A stretch of DNA of 64,000 bases from the NCBI RefSeq assembly GCF_018350175.1, contig NC_058383.1, positions 25,112,001 to 25,176,000 on the forward strand. The letters run 5' to 3'. Numbering within the stretch: the stretch's first letter is position 1; every line of letters begins with the position of its first letter. Shown piece after piece: positions 39,045 through 53,089 of the stretch. The notes beneath the pieces are model-generated. The model was given only the letters and a program-made list of their open reading frames with translations, made no database searches and was not told where the DNA came from. Made by a program: the position numbers and the translations under genes. This DNA is from Felis catus (Eukaryota).

Positions 39045-39941
39045 AAAATTTGGCTCTTTTCCCCACCGATCCTTGGCTAGCTACTTCCTTGTAGGTAGGT
39101 GACACTACTTGCCTTTTCTCTCAGGTTTTCGTTTTGGTCTCGTCCTTTCCTTCTTCTCTGCAATCCAGCCCCGTTCTTACTGTATCTCAGACTTAGCCAT
39201 ACCTTGCCTTCCTTTCTTCTCTATTTACTTCTTTGTTTCTTTCCTTCCTTCCCTCCTTTCTTCCTTCCTTCTTGTTTACTATAACCATGCACTATTACCT
39301 CTATTCTTATTTATTCAGTATTTTTCTTTACATCAATTCCCTTTAAAAATTAAATGAACAAGAAAAAGCCCAGAGTAATCCAAACAAAACTCTGTACCAC
39401 TACTATAATTAAGCAATTATTTTACTTGTCACAGGCAGGAAACTAAAAATGAATACAATGAAAGCAAAACTTGTTGCTGTTATTAAGCCCCAATTCCAGT
39501 ACAGTTCCCTGCCAAATATTTGAGACCAGTCTTGTTCTCTTTTGTTAGAAAAGGGAGAAATTAAGGTTTGATCAGTTATTTATTGCTACGATAATATTAC
39601 ATAACAAACAGTGGCACACATTTATTTAACACACATTTACTGCTTTCTCTCTAGTCTCAGACCAGTGGCTCTTTTTATAGTGGATAGCAGAAGCACCCCA
39701 AAATCAAACCAAACCCTGTAAGCGCATTTAAAACTTCTGTTTGCGTCATTTCTGTTAGTGTTCCATTGGCCAAAGCAAGCCACAGGACCAAGCTCAACCT
39801 CATCAAGCAGAGAACCATATTCCTTCCTGAATACGTTGTGTGGGAGTAGGGAGTGAGCAGAGAGTGAATATTAGGTGAATAATAAATCTATTCTACCACC
39901 ATAGAGTAGAGGACAGAGAAGTAGCAAACTGAGACATTCTC

Positions 39942-40811
39942 TTTTTTTTAATTAATCAATTAATTTTAAAAATCTTTCTATGTCTTTTATTTTTTGTTAT
40001 TTATTTATTTTTTTTATTCTCAGTTTAGTTGACATACAGTGTATTCTTGGCTTTAGGAGTAGAACCCAGTGATTCATCACTTACATATAACACCCAGTGC
40101 TCATCCCAATAAGTTCCCTCCTTAATGCCCATCACCCATTTCCCCCACCCCATCAACCCTCAGTTTGTTCCCTGTATTTAAGAGTCTCTGTGGTTTGCCT
40201 CCCTCTCTGTTTTTATCTTATTTTTCCTTTCCTTCCCCTATGATCATCTGTTAAATTTCTCAAATTACACATGAGTGAAGTCATATAATGTCTTTCTCTG
40301 ACTGACTTGTTTTGCTTAGCATAATACCTTCCAGTTCCATCCACATTATTGCAAATAGCAAGATTTCATTCTTTTTCACCACCAAGTAGTATTCCATTGT
40401 ATATGTATACCACAGCTTCTTTATCTATTCATCAGTTGATGAAAATTTGAGCTCTTTCCATAATTTGGCTATTGTTGATAGTGCTGCTATAAACATTGGG
40501 GTGTATGTGCCCCTTTGAAACAGCATTTTTGTATCCTTTGGATAAATTCTTGTTAGCAGAATTGCTGGGTCCTTGGGTAGTTCTATTTTTTTTTTTTTTT
40601 TTTTGAGGAACCTCCAGTTTTCCAGAATGGCTGCACCAGTTTGCATTCTCTCCAACAGTGCAAAAGACATCCTCTTTCTCTGCATCTTCGCCAGCATCTG
40701 TTGTTTCCTGAGTTGTTAATTTTAGCAATGCTGACCAGTGTGAGGTGGTATCTCATTGTGGTTTTGATTTGCATTTTCCTGATGATGAGCAATGTTGAAC
40801 ATCTTTTCATG
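39942..40811 (-). mobile_element. Carnivore L1 3'-end fragment
   Basis: Minus-strand ORFs [10 protein letters not shown]...RYHLT and [19 protein letters not shown]-like aactgagac(a/c)ttct on both sides. Confidence 0.9.
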
Positions 40812-40949
40812 TAACTGAGACCTTCTAGTTGACTTAGTTGAAAAGAAATGGACAGGGTGAGCTCACTCTGGTTCTGGACAAAATCAGGGTTCCTTTAGCA
40901 AGGAACAAGGTGGTGTAGAGGTGATTGTGCGGAAGGCCACTGAGTGGGT

Positions 40950-41545
40950 CAATTAGCCCACTAGGGCTGCTGTAACAAAACCCTACACACTGGGTGGTTT
41001 AAACAACAGACATTCATTTTCTCACAATTCTGGAGGCTGGATGTCCAAGATCATGGTGCTGGCAGGGTTGGATTCCTCTTGGCTTGCAGATGGCCAGACT
41101 CTTGCTACCTCTTCACATGGTCATCTGTCTATGCATGCACTTCTGGTACCTTTCTATGTCCCCTAACCTACTCTTCTTTTGAAGACACCAATCAAGTTGC
41201 ATGAGGGCACTCTCTAATGCCCTCCTTTTAACTTAATTGCATCTTTAATTTTTTTTTAATTTGAGAGAGAAAGAGAACATGAGCCAGGGAGAGAAGCAGA
41301 TGGAGAGAGAGAATCTTATGCAGGCTCCATGCTCAGCACAGAGCCTGATGCAGGGCTCAATCCCAAGGCCCTGGGATTGTGACCTGAGCTGAAATCAGGA
41401 GTCAGACACTCAACTGACTGAGTACCCCAAGCACCCCTTAACTGCCTCTTTCAATGTCTTATCTCCAAATACACTCACCTTCTGAGGTAATGGGGGCTAG
41501 GGCTTCAGCATACAAAATTTGGAGGACACAATTCAGCCCATAACA
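40950..41545 (-). mobile_element. MaLR LTR (MLT1A-like) interrupted by a SINE
   Basis: ctagggctgctgtaacaaaa...ttctggaggctgg...gacacaattcagcccataaca. Confidence 0.8.
41245..41437 (-). mobile_element. Can-SINE nested in MaLR LTR
   Basis: gacctgagctgaaatc core, (GA)n. Confidence 0.85.
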
Positions 41546-42092
41546 GCAGGAGAAAAGCGATGTTGGCCACACTTGTTGAAGTCCCTCCCTCCTCCAAAAG
41601 TTGCTTCTTTGATTCTGTATCTTTTCTTCTGTTCCTTCCCCTTCCAACTAATGTTTATTGGATATAGTAGACTACATTAGCTGTTTCCGTCTTTTTTGTC
41701 TGTCACTGATAATCCAAAGCTAATTTTTTCTCAATCACTCACCAAAACTGTTTGGGTTTTGTTTGTTTACTGTTTGTTTTCTGGAAACATGTTTTCTAAT
41801 GTGCTTGCTACCAAATGCAGTAGGTCCTTTTCAGTTCTGACTCATGGCCATTCTGGGTGATGTCAAGAAACTCTTCAATTGCTCTCTTGTTTATGTTATC
41901 ACATCCTGTCTTTTCTGAGTCTCCTTTGTCAATATTGTCCACAGGGCCCCCTTTCTATTTCTTCTCTTTAGATATTCTTGTTCTCCAAGGACCCATCCTC
42001 AGAAAATAGCTCCTCTCATTCCCTATGAACTTTCCATCTCATTCTTCCTCTGTCTGGGTAATTTCCTAAACCACATTTAAAATCATGACCTT

Positions 42093-42326
42093 GGGGCGCC
42101 TGGGTGGCACAGTCGGTTAAGCGTCCGACTTCAGCCAGGTCATGATCTCGCGGTCCGGGAGTTCGAGCCCCGCGTTGGGCTCTGGGCTGATGGCTCAGAG
42201 CCTGGAGCCTGTTTCCGATTCTGTGTCTCCCTCTCTCTCTGCCCCTCCCCCGTTCATGCTCTGTCTCTCTCTGTCCCAAAAATAAATAAACGTTGAAAAA
42301 AAAATTTTTTTTAAATAAAATAAAAT
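42093..42326 (+). mobile_element. Young SINEC_Fc-type SINE abutting the full-length L1
   Basis: Canonical head and tail; TSD aaaatcatga(c/g)ctt. Confidence 0.95.
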
Positions 42327-42342
42327 AAAATCATGAGCTTTC

Positions 42343-43268
42343 AGTTACTAGGAAGATGGAGGCATAGGAGGACGCTGGGCTCACCGCGCGTCCTGCTGAT
42401 CACTTAGATTCCACCTACACATGCCTAAATAACCCAGAAAACTGCATGAGGATTAGCAGAATGGAGTCTCCAGAGCCAAGCACAGACGAGAGGCCCATGG
42501 AAGAGGGTAGGAAGGGCGGCGAGGCGGTGCGCGCTCCACGGACTGGCGGGACGGAGCCAGGGCGGAGGGGCAGCCCTCTGGCCAAGCAGAGCCCTGAGTC
42601 TGGCTTGCAAAAGCGGAGGGGCTGGATGGAGTGTGTTCCGACAGCAAGCGTAACTTAGCATCTGGGAGGTCATAAGTTAACAGCTCTGCTCAGAAAGAGG
42701 GAAGGCTGGAGGACAAAGGGAGGGAGAGTTGCTGAGCCCCAGGATGACAGAGCTCAGTTTGGCGGGGAACAAAGGCGCTAGCCAGCGCCATCTCCCTCGC
42801 CCATCCCCCAGCCAAAATCCCAAAGGGAACTAGTTCCTGCCAGGGAACTTGCTCACTCCAAGCAAACACCCAATGCTGTGCTTCTGCGGAGCCACCCCTC
42901 CGGCAGTGGGTCTGACTCCCACCCCTGCTACAGGGCCCCTCCTGAAGTGGATCACCTAAGGAGAAGCGAGCTAAGCCTGCCCCTCCTGCCCCCGTGCACC
43001 TTGCCTACCCACCACAGCTAATACACCAGATCCCCAGCACCACAAGCCTGGCAGTGTGCAAGCAGCCCAGACGGGCCACACCACCCCACAGTGAATCCCG
43101 CCCCTAGGAGAGGGGAAGAGAAGGCACACACCAGTCTGACTGTGGCCCCAGTGGTGGGCTGGGGGCAGACATCAGGTCTGACTGTGGCCCCGCCCACCAA
43201 CTCCAATTATACACCACAGCACAGGGGAAGTACCCTGCAGGTCCTCACCACTCCAGGGACTATCCAAA
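42343..43268 (+). promoter_or_regulatory. L1 5' UTR internal promoter region (partly CpG-decayed)
   Basis: Begins aggaagatgg (YY1-like core), locally GC-rich, directly precedes ORF1. Confidence 0.6.
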
Positions 43269-46200
43269 ATGACCAAACGGAAGAATTTGCCTCAAAAGAA
43301 TCTCCAGGAAATAACAACAGCTAATGAACTGATCAAAAAGGATTTAAATATATAACAGAAAGTGAATTTAGAATAATAGTCATAAAATTAATCCTTGGGC
43401 TTGAAAACAGTATAGAGGACAGCAGAGAATCTCTTGCTACAGAGATCAAGGGACTAAGGAACAGTCAGGAGGAGGTGAAAACCACTTTAAACGAGATGCA
43501 AAATAAAATGGAAATGTCCATGTCTCAGATTGAAGAGGCAGAGGAGAGAATAGGTGAACTAGAAGATAAAATTATGGAAAAAGAGGAAGCTGAGAAAAAG
43601 AGAGATAAAAAAAATCCAGGAGTATGAGGGGAAAATTAGAGAACTAACTGATACACTAAAAAGAAATAATATATGCATAATTGGTATCCCAGAGGAGGAA
43701 GAGAGAGGGAAAGGTGCTGAAGGTGTACTTGAAGAAATCATAGCTGAGAACTTCCTGGATCTGGGGAGGGAAAAAGGCATTGAAATCCAAGAGGCACAGA
43801 GAACTCCCTTTAGACGTAACTTGAATCAATCTTCTGCACAACATATCATAGTGAAACTGGCAAAATACAAGGATAAAGAGAAAATTCTGAAAGCAGCTAG
43901 AGATAAATGTGCTCTAACATATAAAGGGAGACCTATAAGACTCGTGACCAATCTCTCTACTGAAACTTGGCAGGCCAGAAAGGAATGGCAGGAGACCTTC
44001 AATGTGATGAACAGAAAAAATATGCAGCTGAGAATCCTTTATCCAGCAAGTCTGTCATTCAGAATAGAAGGAGAGATAAAGGTCTTTCCAAACAAACAAA
44101 AACTGAAGGAATTTGTCACCACTAAACCAGCCCTACAAGAGATCCTAAGGGGAATCCTGTGAGACAAAGTACCAGAGACATCGCTACAAGCATAAAACAT
44201 ACAGACATCACAATGACTCTAAACCCATATCTTTCTATAATAATACTGAATGTAAATGGACTAAATGCACCAACCAAAAGACATAGGATATCAGAATGGA
44301 TAAAAAAACAAGACCCATCTATTTGCTGTCTACAAGAGACTCATTTCAGACTTGAGGACACCTTTAGATTGAGAGTGAGGGGATGGAGAACTATTTATCA
44401 TGTTCCTGGAAGCCAAAAAAAAAAAAAAATCTGGAGTAGCCATACTTATATCAGACAAACTAGACTTTAATTAAAGGCTGTAACAAGAGATGAAGAAGGG
44501 GATTATATAATAATTACAGGGTCTATCCATCAGGAAGAGCTAACAGTTATAATGTCTATGCACTGAATACGGGAGCCCCCAAATATATAAAACAATTACT
44601 CATAAACATAAGCAACCTTATTGATAAGAATGTGGTAATTGCAGGGGACTTTAACACTCCACTTACAGAAATGGATAGATCATCTAGGCACACGGTCAAT
44701 AAAGAAACAAGGGCCCTGAATGATACATTGGATCAGATGGACTTGACAGATATATTTAGAACTCTGCATCCCAAAGCAACAGAATATACTTTCTTCTCGA
44801 GTGCACATGGGACATTCTCCAAGATAGATCATATACTGGGTCACAAAACAGCCCTTCATAAGTATATAAGAATTGAAATTATACCATGCATACTTTCAGA
44901 CCACAATGCTATGAAGCTTGAAATCAACCACAGGAAAAAGTCTGGAAAACCTCCAAAAGCATGGAGGTTAAAGAACACCTTACTAAAGAATGAGTGGGTC
45001 AACCAAGCAATTAGAGAAGAAATTAAAAAATATATGGAAACAAACGAAAATGAAAATACAACAATCCAAACGCTTTGGGATGCAGCAAAGGCAGTCCTGA
45101 GAGGAAAATACATTGCGATCCAGGCCTATCTCAAGAAACAAGAAAAATCCCAAATACAAAATCTAACAGCACACCTAAAGGAAATAGAAGCAGAACAGCA
45201 AAGGCAGCCTAAACCCAGCAGAAGAAGAGAAATAATAAAGATCAGAGCAGAAATAAACAATATAGAATCTAAAAAAACTGTAGAGCAGATCAACGAAACC
45301 AGGAGTTGGTTTTTTGAAAAAATAAACAAAATTGACAAACCTCTAGCCAGGCTTCTCAAAAAGAAAAGGGAGATGACCCAAATAGATAAAATCATGAATC
45401 AAAATGGAATTACTACAACCAATCCCTCAGAGATACAAACAATTATCAGGGAATACTAGGAAAAATTATATGCCAACAAACTGGACAACCTGGAAGAAAT
45501 GAATAAATTCCTAAACACCCACACTCTTCCAAAACTCAATCAGGAGGAAATAGAAAGCTTGAACAGACCCATAACCAGCGAAGAAATTGAATCAGTCATC
45601 AAAAATCTCCCAACAAATAAGAGTCCAGGACCAGATGGCTTCCCAGGGGAGTTCTACCAGACATTTAAAGCAGAGATAATACCTATCCTTCTCAAGCTAT
45701 TCCAAGAAATAGAAAGGGAAGGAAAACTTCCAGACTCATTCTATAAAGCCAGTATTACTTTGATTCCTAAACCAGACAGAGACCCAGTAAAAAAAGAGAA
45801 CTACAGGCCAATATCCCTGATGAATATGGATGCAAAAATTCTCAATAAGATATTAGCAAATCAAATTCAACAGCATATAAAAAGAATTATTCACCACGAT
45901 CAAATGGGATTCATTCCTGGGATGCAGGGCTGGTTCAATATTCGCAAATCAATCAACGTGATACATCACATTAACAAAAAAAAAGATAAGAACCATATGA
46001 TCCTGCCAATCGATGCAGAAAAGGCCTTTGACAAAATTCAGCACCCTTTCTTAATAAAAACCCTCAAGGAAGTCGGGATAGAAGGAACATACTTAAAGAT
46101 CATAAAAGCCATTTATGAAAAGCCCACAGCTAACATCATCCTCAACGGGGAAAAACTGAGAGCTTCTTCCTGAGATCAGGAACACGACAGGGATGCCCAC

Positions 46201-48321
46201 TCTCACCACTGTTGTTTAACATAGTGCTGGAAGTTCTAGCATCAGCAATCAGACAACAAAAGGAAATCAAAGGCATCAAAATTGGCAAAGATGAAGTCAA
46301 GCTTTCACTTTTTGCAGATGACATGATACTATACATGGAAAATCCGATAGACTCCACCAAAAGTCTGCTAGAACTGATACAGGAATTCAGCAAAGTTGCA
46401 GGATACAAAATCAATGTACAGAAATCATTTGCATTCTTATACACTAACAATGAAGCAACAGAAAGACAAATAAAGAAACTGATCCCATTCACAATTGCAC
46501 CAAGAAGCATAAAATACCTAGGAATAAATCTAACCAAAGATGTAAAAGATCTGTATGCTGAAAACTATAGAAAGCTTATGAAGGTAATTGAACAAGATAT
46601 AAAGAAATGGAAAGACATTCCCTGCTCATGGATTGGAAGAATAAATATTGTCAAAACATCAATACTACCCAAAGCTATCTACACATTCAATGCAATCCCA
46701 ATCAAAATTGCACCAGCATTCTTCTCGAAACTAGAACAAGCAATCCTAAAATTCATATGGAACCACAAAAGGCCCTGAATAGTGAAAGTAATTTTGAAGA
46801 AGAAGACCAAAGCAGGAGGCATCACAATCCCAGACTTTAGCCTCTACTACAAAGCTGTCATCATCAAGACAGCATGGTATTGGCACAAAAACAGACACAT
46901 AGACCAATGGAATAGAATAGAAACCCCAGAACTAGACCCACAAACGTATGGCCAACTCATCTTTGACAAAGCAGAAAAGAACATCCAATGGAAAAAAGAC
47001 AGTCTCTTTAACAAATGGTGCTGGGAGAACTGGACAGCAACATGCAGAAGGTTGAAACTCGACCACTTTCTCACACCATTCACAAAAATAAACTCAAAAT
47101 GGATAAAGGACCTGAATGTGAGACAGGAAACCATCCAAACCCTAGAGGAGAAAGCAGGAAAAGACCTCTCTGACCTCAGCCGTAGCAATTTCTTACTCGA
47201 TACATCCCCAAAGGCAAGGAAATTAAAAGCAAAAATGAACTACTGGGACCTTATGAAGATAAAAAGCTTCTGCACAGCAAAGGAAACAACCAACAAAACT
47301 AAAAGATAACCAACGGAATGGAAAAGATATTTGCAAATGACATATCGGACAAAGGGCTAGTATCCAAAATCTATAAAGAGCTCACCAAACTCCACACCCG
47401 AAAAACAAATAACCCAGTGAACAAATGGGCAGAAAACATGAATAGACACTTCTGTAAAGAAGACGTATGGATGGCCAACAGGCACATGAAAAGATGCTCA
47501 ACGTCGCTCCTCATCAGGGAAATACAAATCAAAACCACACTCAGATATTACCTCACACCAGTCAGAGTGGCCAAAATGAACAAATCAGGAGACTATAGAT
47601 GCTGGAGAGGATGTGGAGAAACGGGAACCCTCTTGCACTGTTGGTGGGAATGCAAACTGGTGCACCCGCTCTGGAAAACAGTGTGGAGGTTCCTCAGAAA
47701 ATTAAAAATAGACCTACCCTATGACCCAGCAATAGCACTGCTAGGAATTTACCCAAGGGATACAGGAGTGCTGACGTATAGGGGCACTTGTACCCCAATG
47801 TTTATAGCAGCACTCTCAACAATAGCCAAGTTATGGAAAGAGCCTAAATGTCCATCAACTGATGAATGGATAAAGAAATTTTGGTTTATATACACAATGG
47901 AGTATTACAGGGCAATGAGAAAGAACGAAATATGGCCCTTTGTAGCAACGTGGATGGAACTGGAGAGTGTGATGCTAAGTGAAATAAGCCATACACAGAA
48001 AGACAAATACCATATGTTTTCACTCTTATGTGGATCCTGAGAAACTTAACAGAAGACCATGGGGGAGGGGAAGGAAAAAAAAAAAAAGGTTAGAGTGGGA
48101 GAGAGCCAAAGCATAAGAGACTCTTAAAAACTGAGAACAAACTGAGGGTTGATGGAGGGTGGGAGGGAGGGGAGGGTGGCTGATGAGTATTGAGGAGGGC
48201 ACCTTTTGGGATGAGCACTGGGTGTTGTATGGAAACCATTTTGACAATAAATTTCATATATTGAAAAATAAAATAAAATAAAATATAAAATAAAATAAAA
48301 TAAAATAAAATAAAATAAAAT
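42343..48321 (+). mobile_element. Full-length (about 6 kb) felid LINE-1, multiply disabled
   Basis: GC/CpG-rich 5' UTR 42343-43268, ORF1 ATG 43269, ORF2 ATG 44213, several frameshifts and stops, 3' UTR, (TAAAA)n tail; TSD aaaatcat(gag/aac)ctttc at 42327-42342 and 48322-48337. Confidence 0.97.
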
Positions 48322-49855
48322 AAAATCATAACCTTTCCCCTGAGTTCAAACTTGAATATTCAATTGATTACTAAATACATACCAACCTCGGTATGACCTA
48401 TATTAACATGACCACAACTGAAATCAATATCCCCACCTTCAAACTTGTTCCTCTCAGAAAGTTTTACAGTCACCTACCCCAGTATAAGTAATCAAAAACC
48501 TAGACATCATCCTTAAGCACCTCTTTTCCCTTAACTCCATTTGTCTTATGTAGTCACAAAGTCACCAGATTCCAAGAAGAAATTCTTCTGATAATTTCTC
48601 AAATTTGGGGTGCCTGGCTGGCTCTGTTGGAAGAGTGTGCAGCTCTTGATTTCGGGGTTGTGAATTCAAGTCCCATATTCGGTATAGATATTACTTAATA
48701 AACAAATATTTAAGAAAACAGTTTCTCAAACTTACCTTTAATACATTCACCTCTCACCTACCAAGGTAATCATTTAGACTTGCATTGTTGACTGAATTCA
48801 TTATTCTCCAGATGAAGTCCAAACCCTTTAACATGTGTTACAATGACCACTCCTTCTGTCATTTCAAAACTTGAACTTGATGTTGAAATAATATTGAGTG
48901 CACCTTCCCCAGGCTAAGTTCCTCCTTCTAAGTACAAATAATGGCAGCAATCTTGGGACATACTATGTCACCAACACATATGCAAATTGGTTAGCCTGGG
49001 AATCTCCTAGAGCTATTGATTGCCCAGGGAAATTATACACATCCAATACTTGGCCACTGGGACCTGGCAATCCTTACTTCTTAATTCCTGGGATTACGGG
49101 GGTATCATACAGGCTTTTACTAGATAAGGACAGGAAGGATGAGGTTATCTATCTTTATCTCATCCTGAAAAAGATGATATTTGGTGATTTCATTATAACC
49201 CCAGGAAGCCAATCTTTGTGAAAAGGAGAGGCTAAATATTATGACTACATTTTCCAACCCATACAGAGAAGGGGATGGAGTGAAGGGAGGAGATGCAGAT
49301 TGCTGATTTTGGGTAGGTCAGACATTTCCCCTAAAGATATGGGTTCCCATCATCAATCATTCCTGAGCATTGAGAAGATAAGGAGATTGTGGGCTGGGCA
49401 GTGAGGAAGGGGATATCATAAAAAACAATAAAGATAGCAATGAAAGTGTCAAAATGAACAATCTGCCAAATTTAAAATTTTTGGAAGCTGTCAATTAAAT
49501 GATATTCCCTTAAACCTGGATAAATCCAGATTAAGAAAGACAAAGTTGTGCTATTTGATTAACAGATTGTGTTTCTCTACTAGCCCAAACATAAACTCTG
49601 GTGTCTTTCAGTGGATTGCAGGATATCACAGTATGTACACATTGGAGTGGGAATTTTAAGATGACTGCAAGAGAAGTACTTTGCCAGGGGCTGGAAGAGA
49701 TGGCAAGTGAAATGAAAGGGTGCACGGGTGTCGTAGGTATGTTTGAAACTTCTGCTGTCGTTTACCAGCTATGTGGCTTTGGGGATTATCACTTAATCTC
49801 TCCAAGTCTTTGTTTTCTTCTCTGTAAAATGAGGAACATAATAGTACCCAAATCA

Positions 49856-50070
49856 GGGGTGTCTGGGTGGCTCAGTTGGTTGAGCGTCTGACTCTTGGTT
49901 TCAGTTCAGGTCATGATCTCGCAGCTTCATGGGTTTGAGACCTGCATCAGGCTCTGCACTGGCAGTGCAGAGCCTACTTGGGATTCTCTCTCTCTCTCTG
50001 CCCCTCCCTCACTTGCACTGTTTCTTCCAAAATAAATAAATAAATAAACTTTCAGAACAACAACAAAAAT
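49856..50070 (+). mobile_element. Can-SINE nested in MIR
   Basis: ggggtgtctgggtggctcag head; flanking aatagtacc..aatca repeat. Confidence 0.88.
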
Positions 50071-50428
50071 AGTACCTGAATCAAAGGGTGACTATGAATT
50101 TTAAGTGGGATCAATATCTGTATTTTTGCAGTATAGAGCCTGACACTTGGCAAGAACTTGATAAGCGAGTGATATTCTAACTACTGCTGTTGCTGTTATT
50201 ACTAAGTATTCTTAAGGAGAAGAATCTAGACTCTCTGAGGTCCTTTGCTTGCTTCTCCAACTCACTTGAAACTGCTACGAAGGTTTATCCTCCATCCCCG
50301 GGTTCGAAACAAAGCCCCCCAGAGGCCCCAGAAACTGAGTCTGTGGTTCATCATTCAACAATGCCCCTCTCCCCTTCTTTATTGTCTCCAAAGACAATCC
50401 CCATGGTCTTGATTTAAAAATGATTTTA

Positions 50429-50640
50429 GGGGGCACTTGGGTGGCTCAGTCGGTTAAGCATCTGACTTCAGCTCAGGTCATGATCTCACAGTCCGTGAGT
50501 TCGAGCCCCATGTCAGGCTCTGTGCTGACAGCTCAGAGCCTGGAGCCTGCTCTGTGTCTCCCTCTCTCTCTGCCCCTCCCCTGCTCATGCTCTCTCTCTG
50601 TCTCAAAAATAAATAAAAACATTAAAAATTTTTAAAAAAA
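50429..50640 (+). mobile_element. Can-SINE
   Basis: TSD aaaaatgattt. Confidence 0.92.
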
Positions 50641-51508
50641 TGATTTCATTACTTGATTCTAGGAACACTTGATATCCCCACAAACACGAGCCATGGGGAA
50701 GGGACACTTCTTTGGAGGTGCCTACACTGTCCTCATACCTATGTTCTGAGGTCTGTAGATGCCACAGGACAGACAAAATCCCTAGGCCAGTGTCTGGCAT
50801 GTGGCAAATACTCAATAAATGGATATTCCCCTCCTCTGATCATGCCTGGTTTGGGGTGACTTGGGGAGGCCTCCAATGTCCCAACCACGTGCACATGCCT
50901 CTCTGTATAGAGGCCGGTCCAGGGGTGAGATGGAGGGTCTTGACCTTTCATTTCCTTCCTAAGATCCAGGATTCTGCTGGACTCTGCCACTGTCTGTTTA
51001 TCTGCTTATCTGTGGGAGTCATTATCAGTCCCCCTCTCTCCTCCCTTTCTCCTACTTTTCCAGTCTTCCATCATTTTTCTTCATCAGTCTCTCTTATATG
51101 TTTATCAAGTGTTTTATTTCCTTTCTCCCTCCCTTCCTCCCTCCCTCCCTTCCTTCTTACCTCCCTTCCTCCCTTCCTCCCTCCCTTCCTTCCTTCTTTC
51201 CCTCTAATTCTCTTTCTTCCATCCCACCTTCCCTCCCTCCCTTTCTTTCTCAATTGCTTTATTTTGCTGTTTTATTTTTCTCTCTTATTTTTCTTTTTTC
51301 TTTGTTCCCCTCTCCTTCCCTCTCTTTCATTCCCTCCCTTTATTCTTTCAATATCTAACATGAGATTTTACGCTAGTAGCCAGGGAAAGACAAATATTGG
51401 ATGTCTTTTCATAAGGATTCTCATATACCCAGAAGAAGGCAGAAGGCCCAAAGGAAAATGGAAGTAAATAGAAGAAGGGCAGGGCCCAAAAGGGTGTCCT
51501 TGCAGGTC

Positions 51509-51612
51509 TCACTGGGCCCCAGCTTGCCCAGAATTCTACCACTCCTGTTCTTGAAGCTTCTTCTGCTGGATTTTCCCTGTGACAGTTTTGGGCAAGTCTG
51601 AGACAAACTCCC
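51509..51612 (-). pseudogene. ACSM2: ACSM2-like terminal coding exon with 1-nt deletion and premature TAG
   Basis: ctcccaacag|GG GAG TTT... reads EFVSDLPKTVTGKIQQKKLQEQEW*NSGQAGAQ* versus recalled ACSM2 IEFVLNLPKTVTGKIQRAKLRDKEWKMSGKARAQ*; only 2 nt precede the Glu codon; TAG at 51536-51538; ancestral TGA at 51509-51511; followed by purine-rich 3' UTR-like sequence with AATAAA motifs. Confidence 0.88.
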
Positions 51613-53089
51613 CTGTTGGGAGAGGTCAATCCAGTGTGGGCCATCTGTGACCCCAGTGGGGCTGAATTTTTCAGAAGAACTGCTCAGGGGAAGCTCTTGA
51701 GGCTGGAGGCTGTAGGTGAGTGAGGGCAGCCTCTAGAGAATAAGGAGCTTCAGAAAGTGTTCTGGGACAAGGACAAGAAGAGAATGACTGGAACAGTACA
51801 TAAAGGTCTACTCCATGGTGTCTGGCATACTCTAGAACAGGGGAGAGCAGCACAGCAAACACAACAGTGCACAGTCAGACACCTGAGCTTTGACCTCACA
51901 CTCTCTGGGCTGCAGTCTCTCCCCTACAACCCACCTGACTTTGGACAGGTCACTTGACTTTTCTGAGACAATTTCCCCACTGACTTAACTGGAGGATAGT
52001 CACAACTTTGTTGGGTTGTTGTGAGGATAAAATAAATTTACACAGGCTAAGTTCTTAGCATGAGTAAACACTAGAAATATCTTAGCTGTAGTTATTAGCT
52101 TGGACTAGAGACACAAGATATTTAAGAGTTACAAAACCCAACTTTGAATTCCAGCTCAGCCATTTCTTGTTGGTGTGCCCTTGGCAGAACTATAAAATCT
52201 CTCCAATTTCATTTTTCTTACCTGTAGGGGAAAACATGTTTGATGTCGGGACTCTTCCATCTCTAACATTCCAGAATCCTAGGACTGTGAAGACAGTTCA
52301 CAGAGGCTTCCTGTTACAAGGCTTAGCTTTGCCAGGGCTTTGGTCTTAGAGTCAGATAGCCTTAGGTCTGATAAATAACAACAGGGATACTGATATGGAA
52401 AAAGTTACCTTCTTAACAGCTGATGTGGGAAATTTCCAGAGGCAAGACTGACTTTGTGGATGAAGGAGTTTGTTAAAATCACAATGGGATGGAGCAGAGA
52501 TTGGCAAACTATAGCCTGTGGGCAAAATCCAGCCCTCCTCCTGTGTTTGTAAATACAGTTTTATTGAAATACAGCTATACCCATTCATTTCCAATGGTCT
52601 CTGGTGGCTGAGTTGAGTTCCTAAAATATTTACTAGTTGGCCCCTGGGGTGTAGATAGAGGGTAGAGAGTAGCCTCACAGGAGACCCAGGGAGTGTTTGG
52701 TCCCTGGAAGGAGGGAAGAGGTAGAAAGAATGCTGCCCAAACATTCTAGAGGAGAGCCTTGTAAAAAAAACACATCTATTGAGTAATATGACTGTGGATC
52801 CACTGGATCCTCCAAAATATTCATTTACAACTCAAAATTCATAATATATTGGGTATGATTGGATTTTTAGTTTCCTTTTAAAATACTACATGCTTAGTAT
52901 GTGCTAGTCTTCTAAGTGCCTTATGTCTTACAAATATTAACAACCTTCTTAACAACCTGTGAAGGAGTAACATCATTATCCCCATTTCACAGATAAGGGA
53001 GCTGAGGCAAGTGAGATTGTTAAGTAGGCAATGGAGATGAATTTTGGATGCAACTGTCTAATTCCAGAGGCTGTGCTAGGACTGACTAC

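Noticed and set aside
42093..42175. tRNA-like A and B boxes
   Set aside because: These are tRNA-derived SINE heads followed by (CT)n and A tails, not tRNA genes.
49070..49260. Faint resemblance to an ACSM exon (PEK/GDF-like words)
   Set aside because: Wrong strand for the cluster genes here, no consistent frame or splice sites, and it lies beyond the terminal exon.
50712..51467. 251-aa plus-strand ORF
   Set aside because: Runs through a CT-rich low-complexity tract antisense to the ACSM2-like 3' UTR; no recognisable domain.
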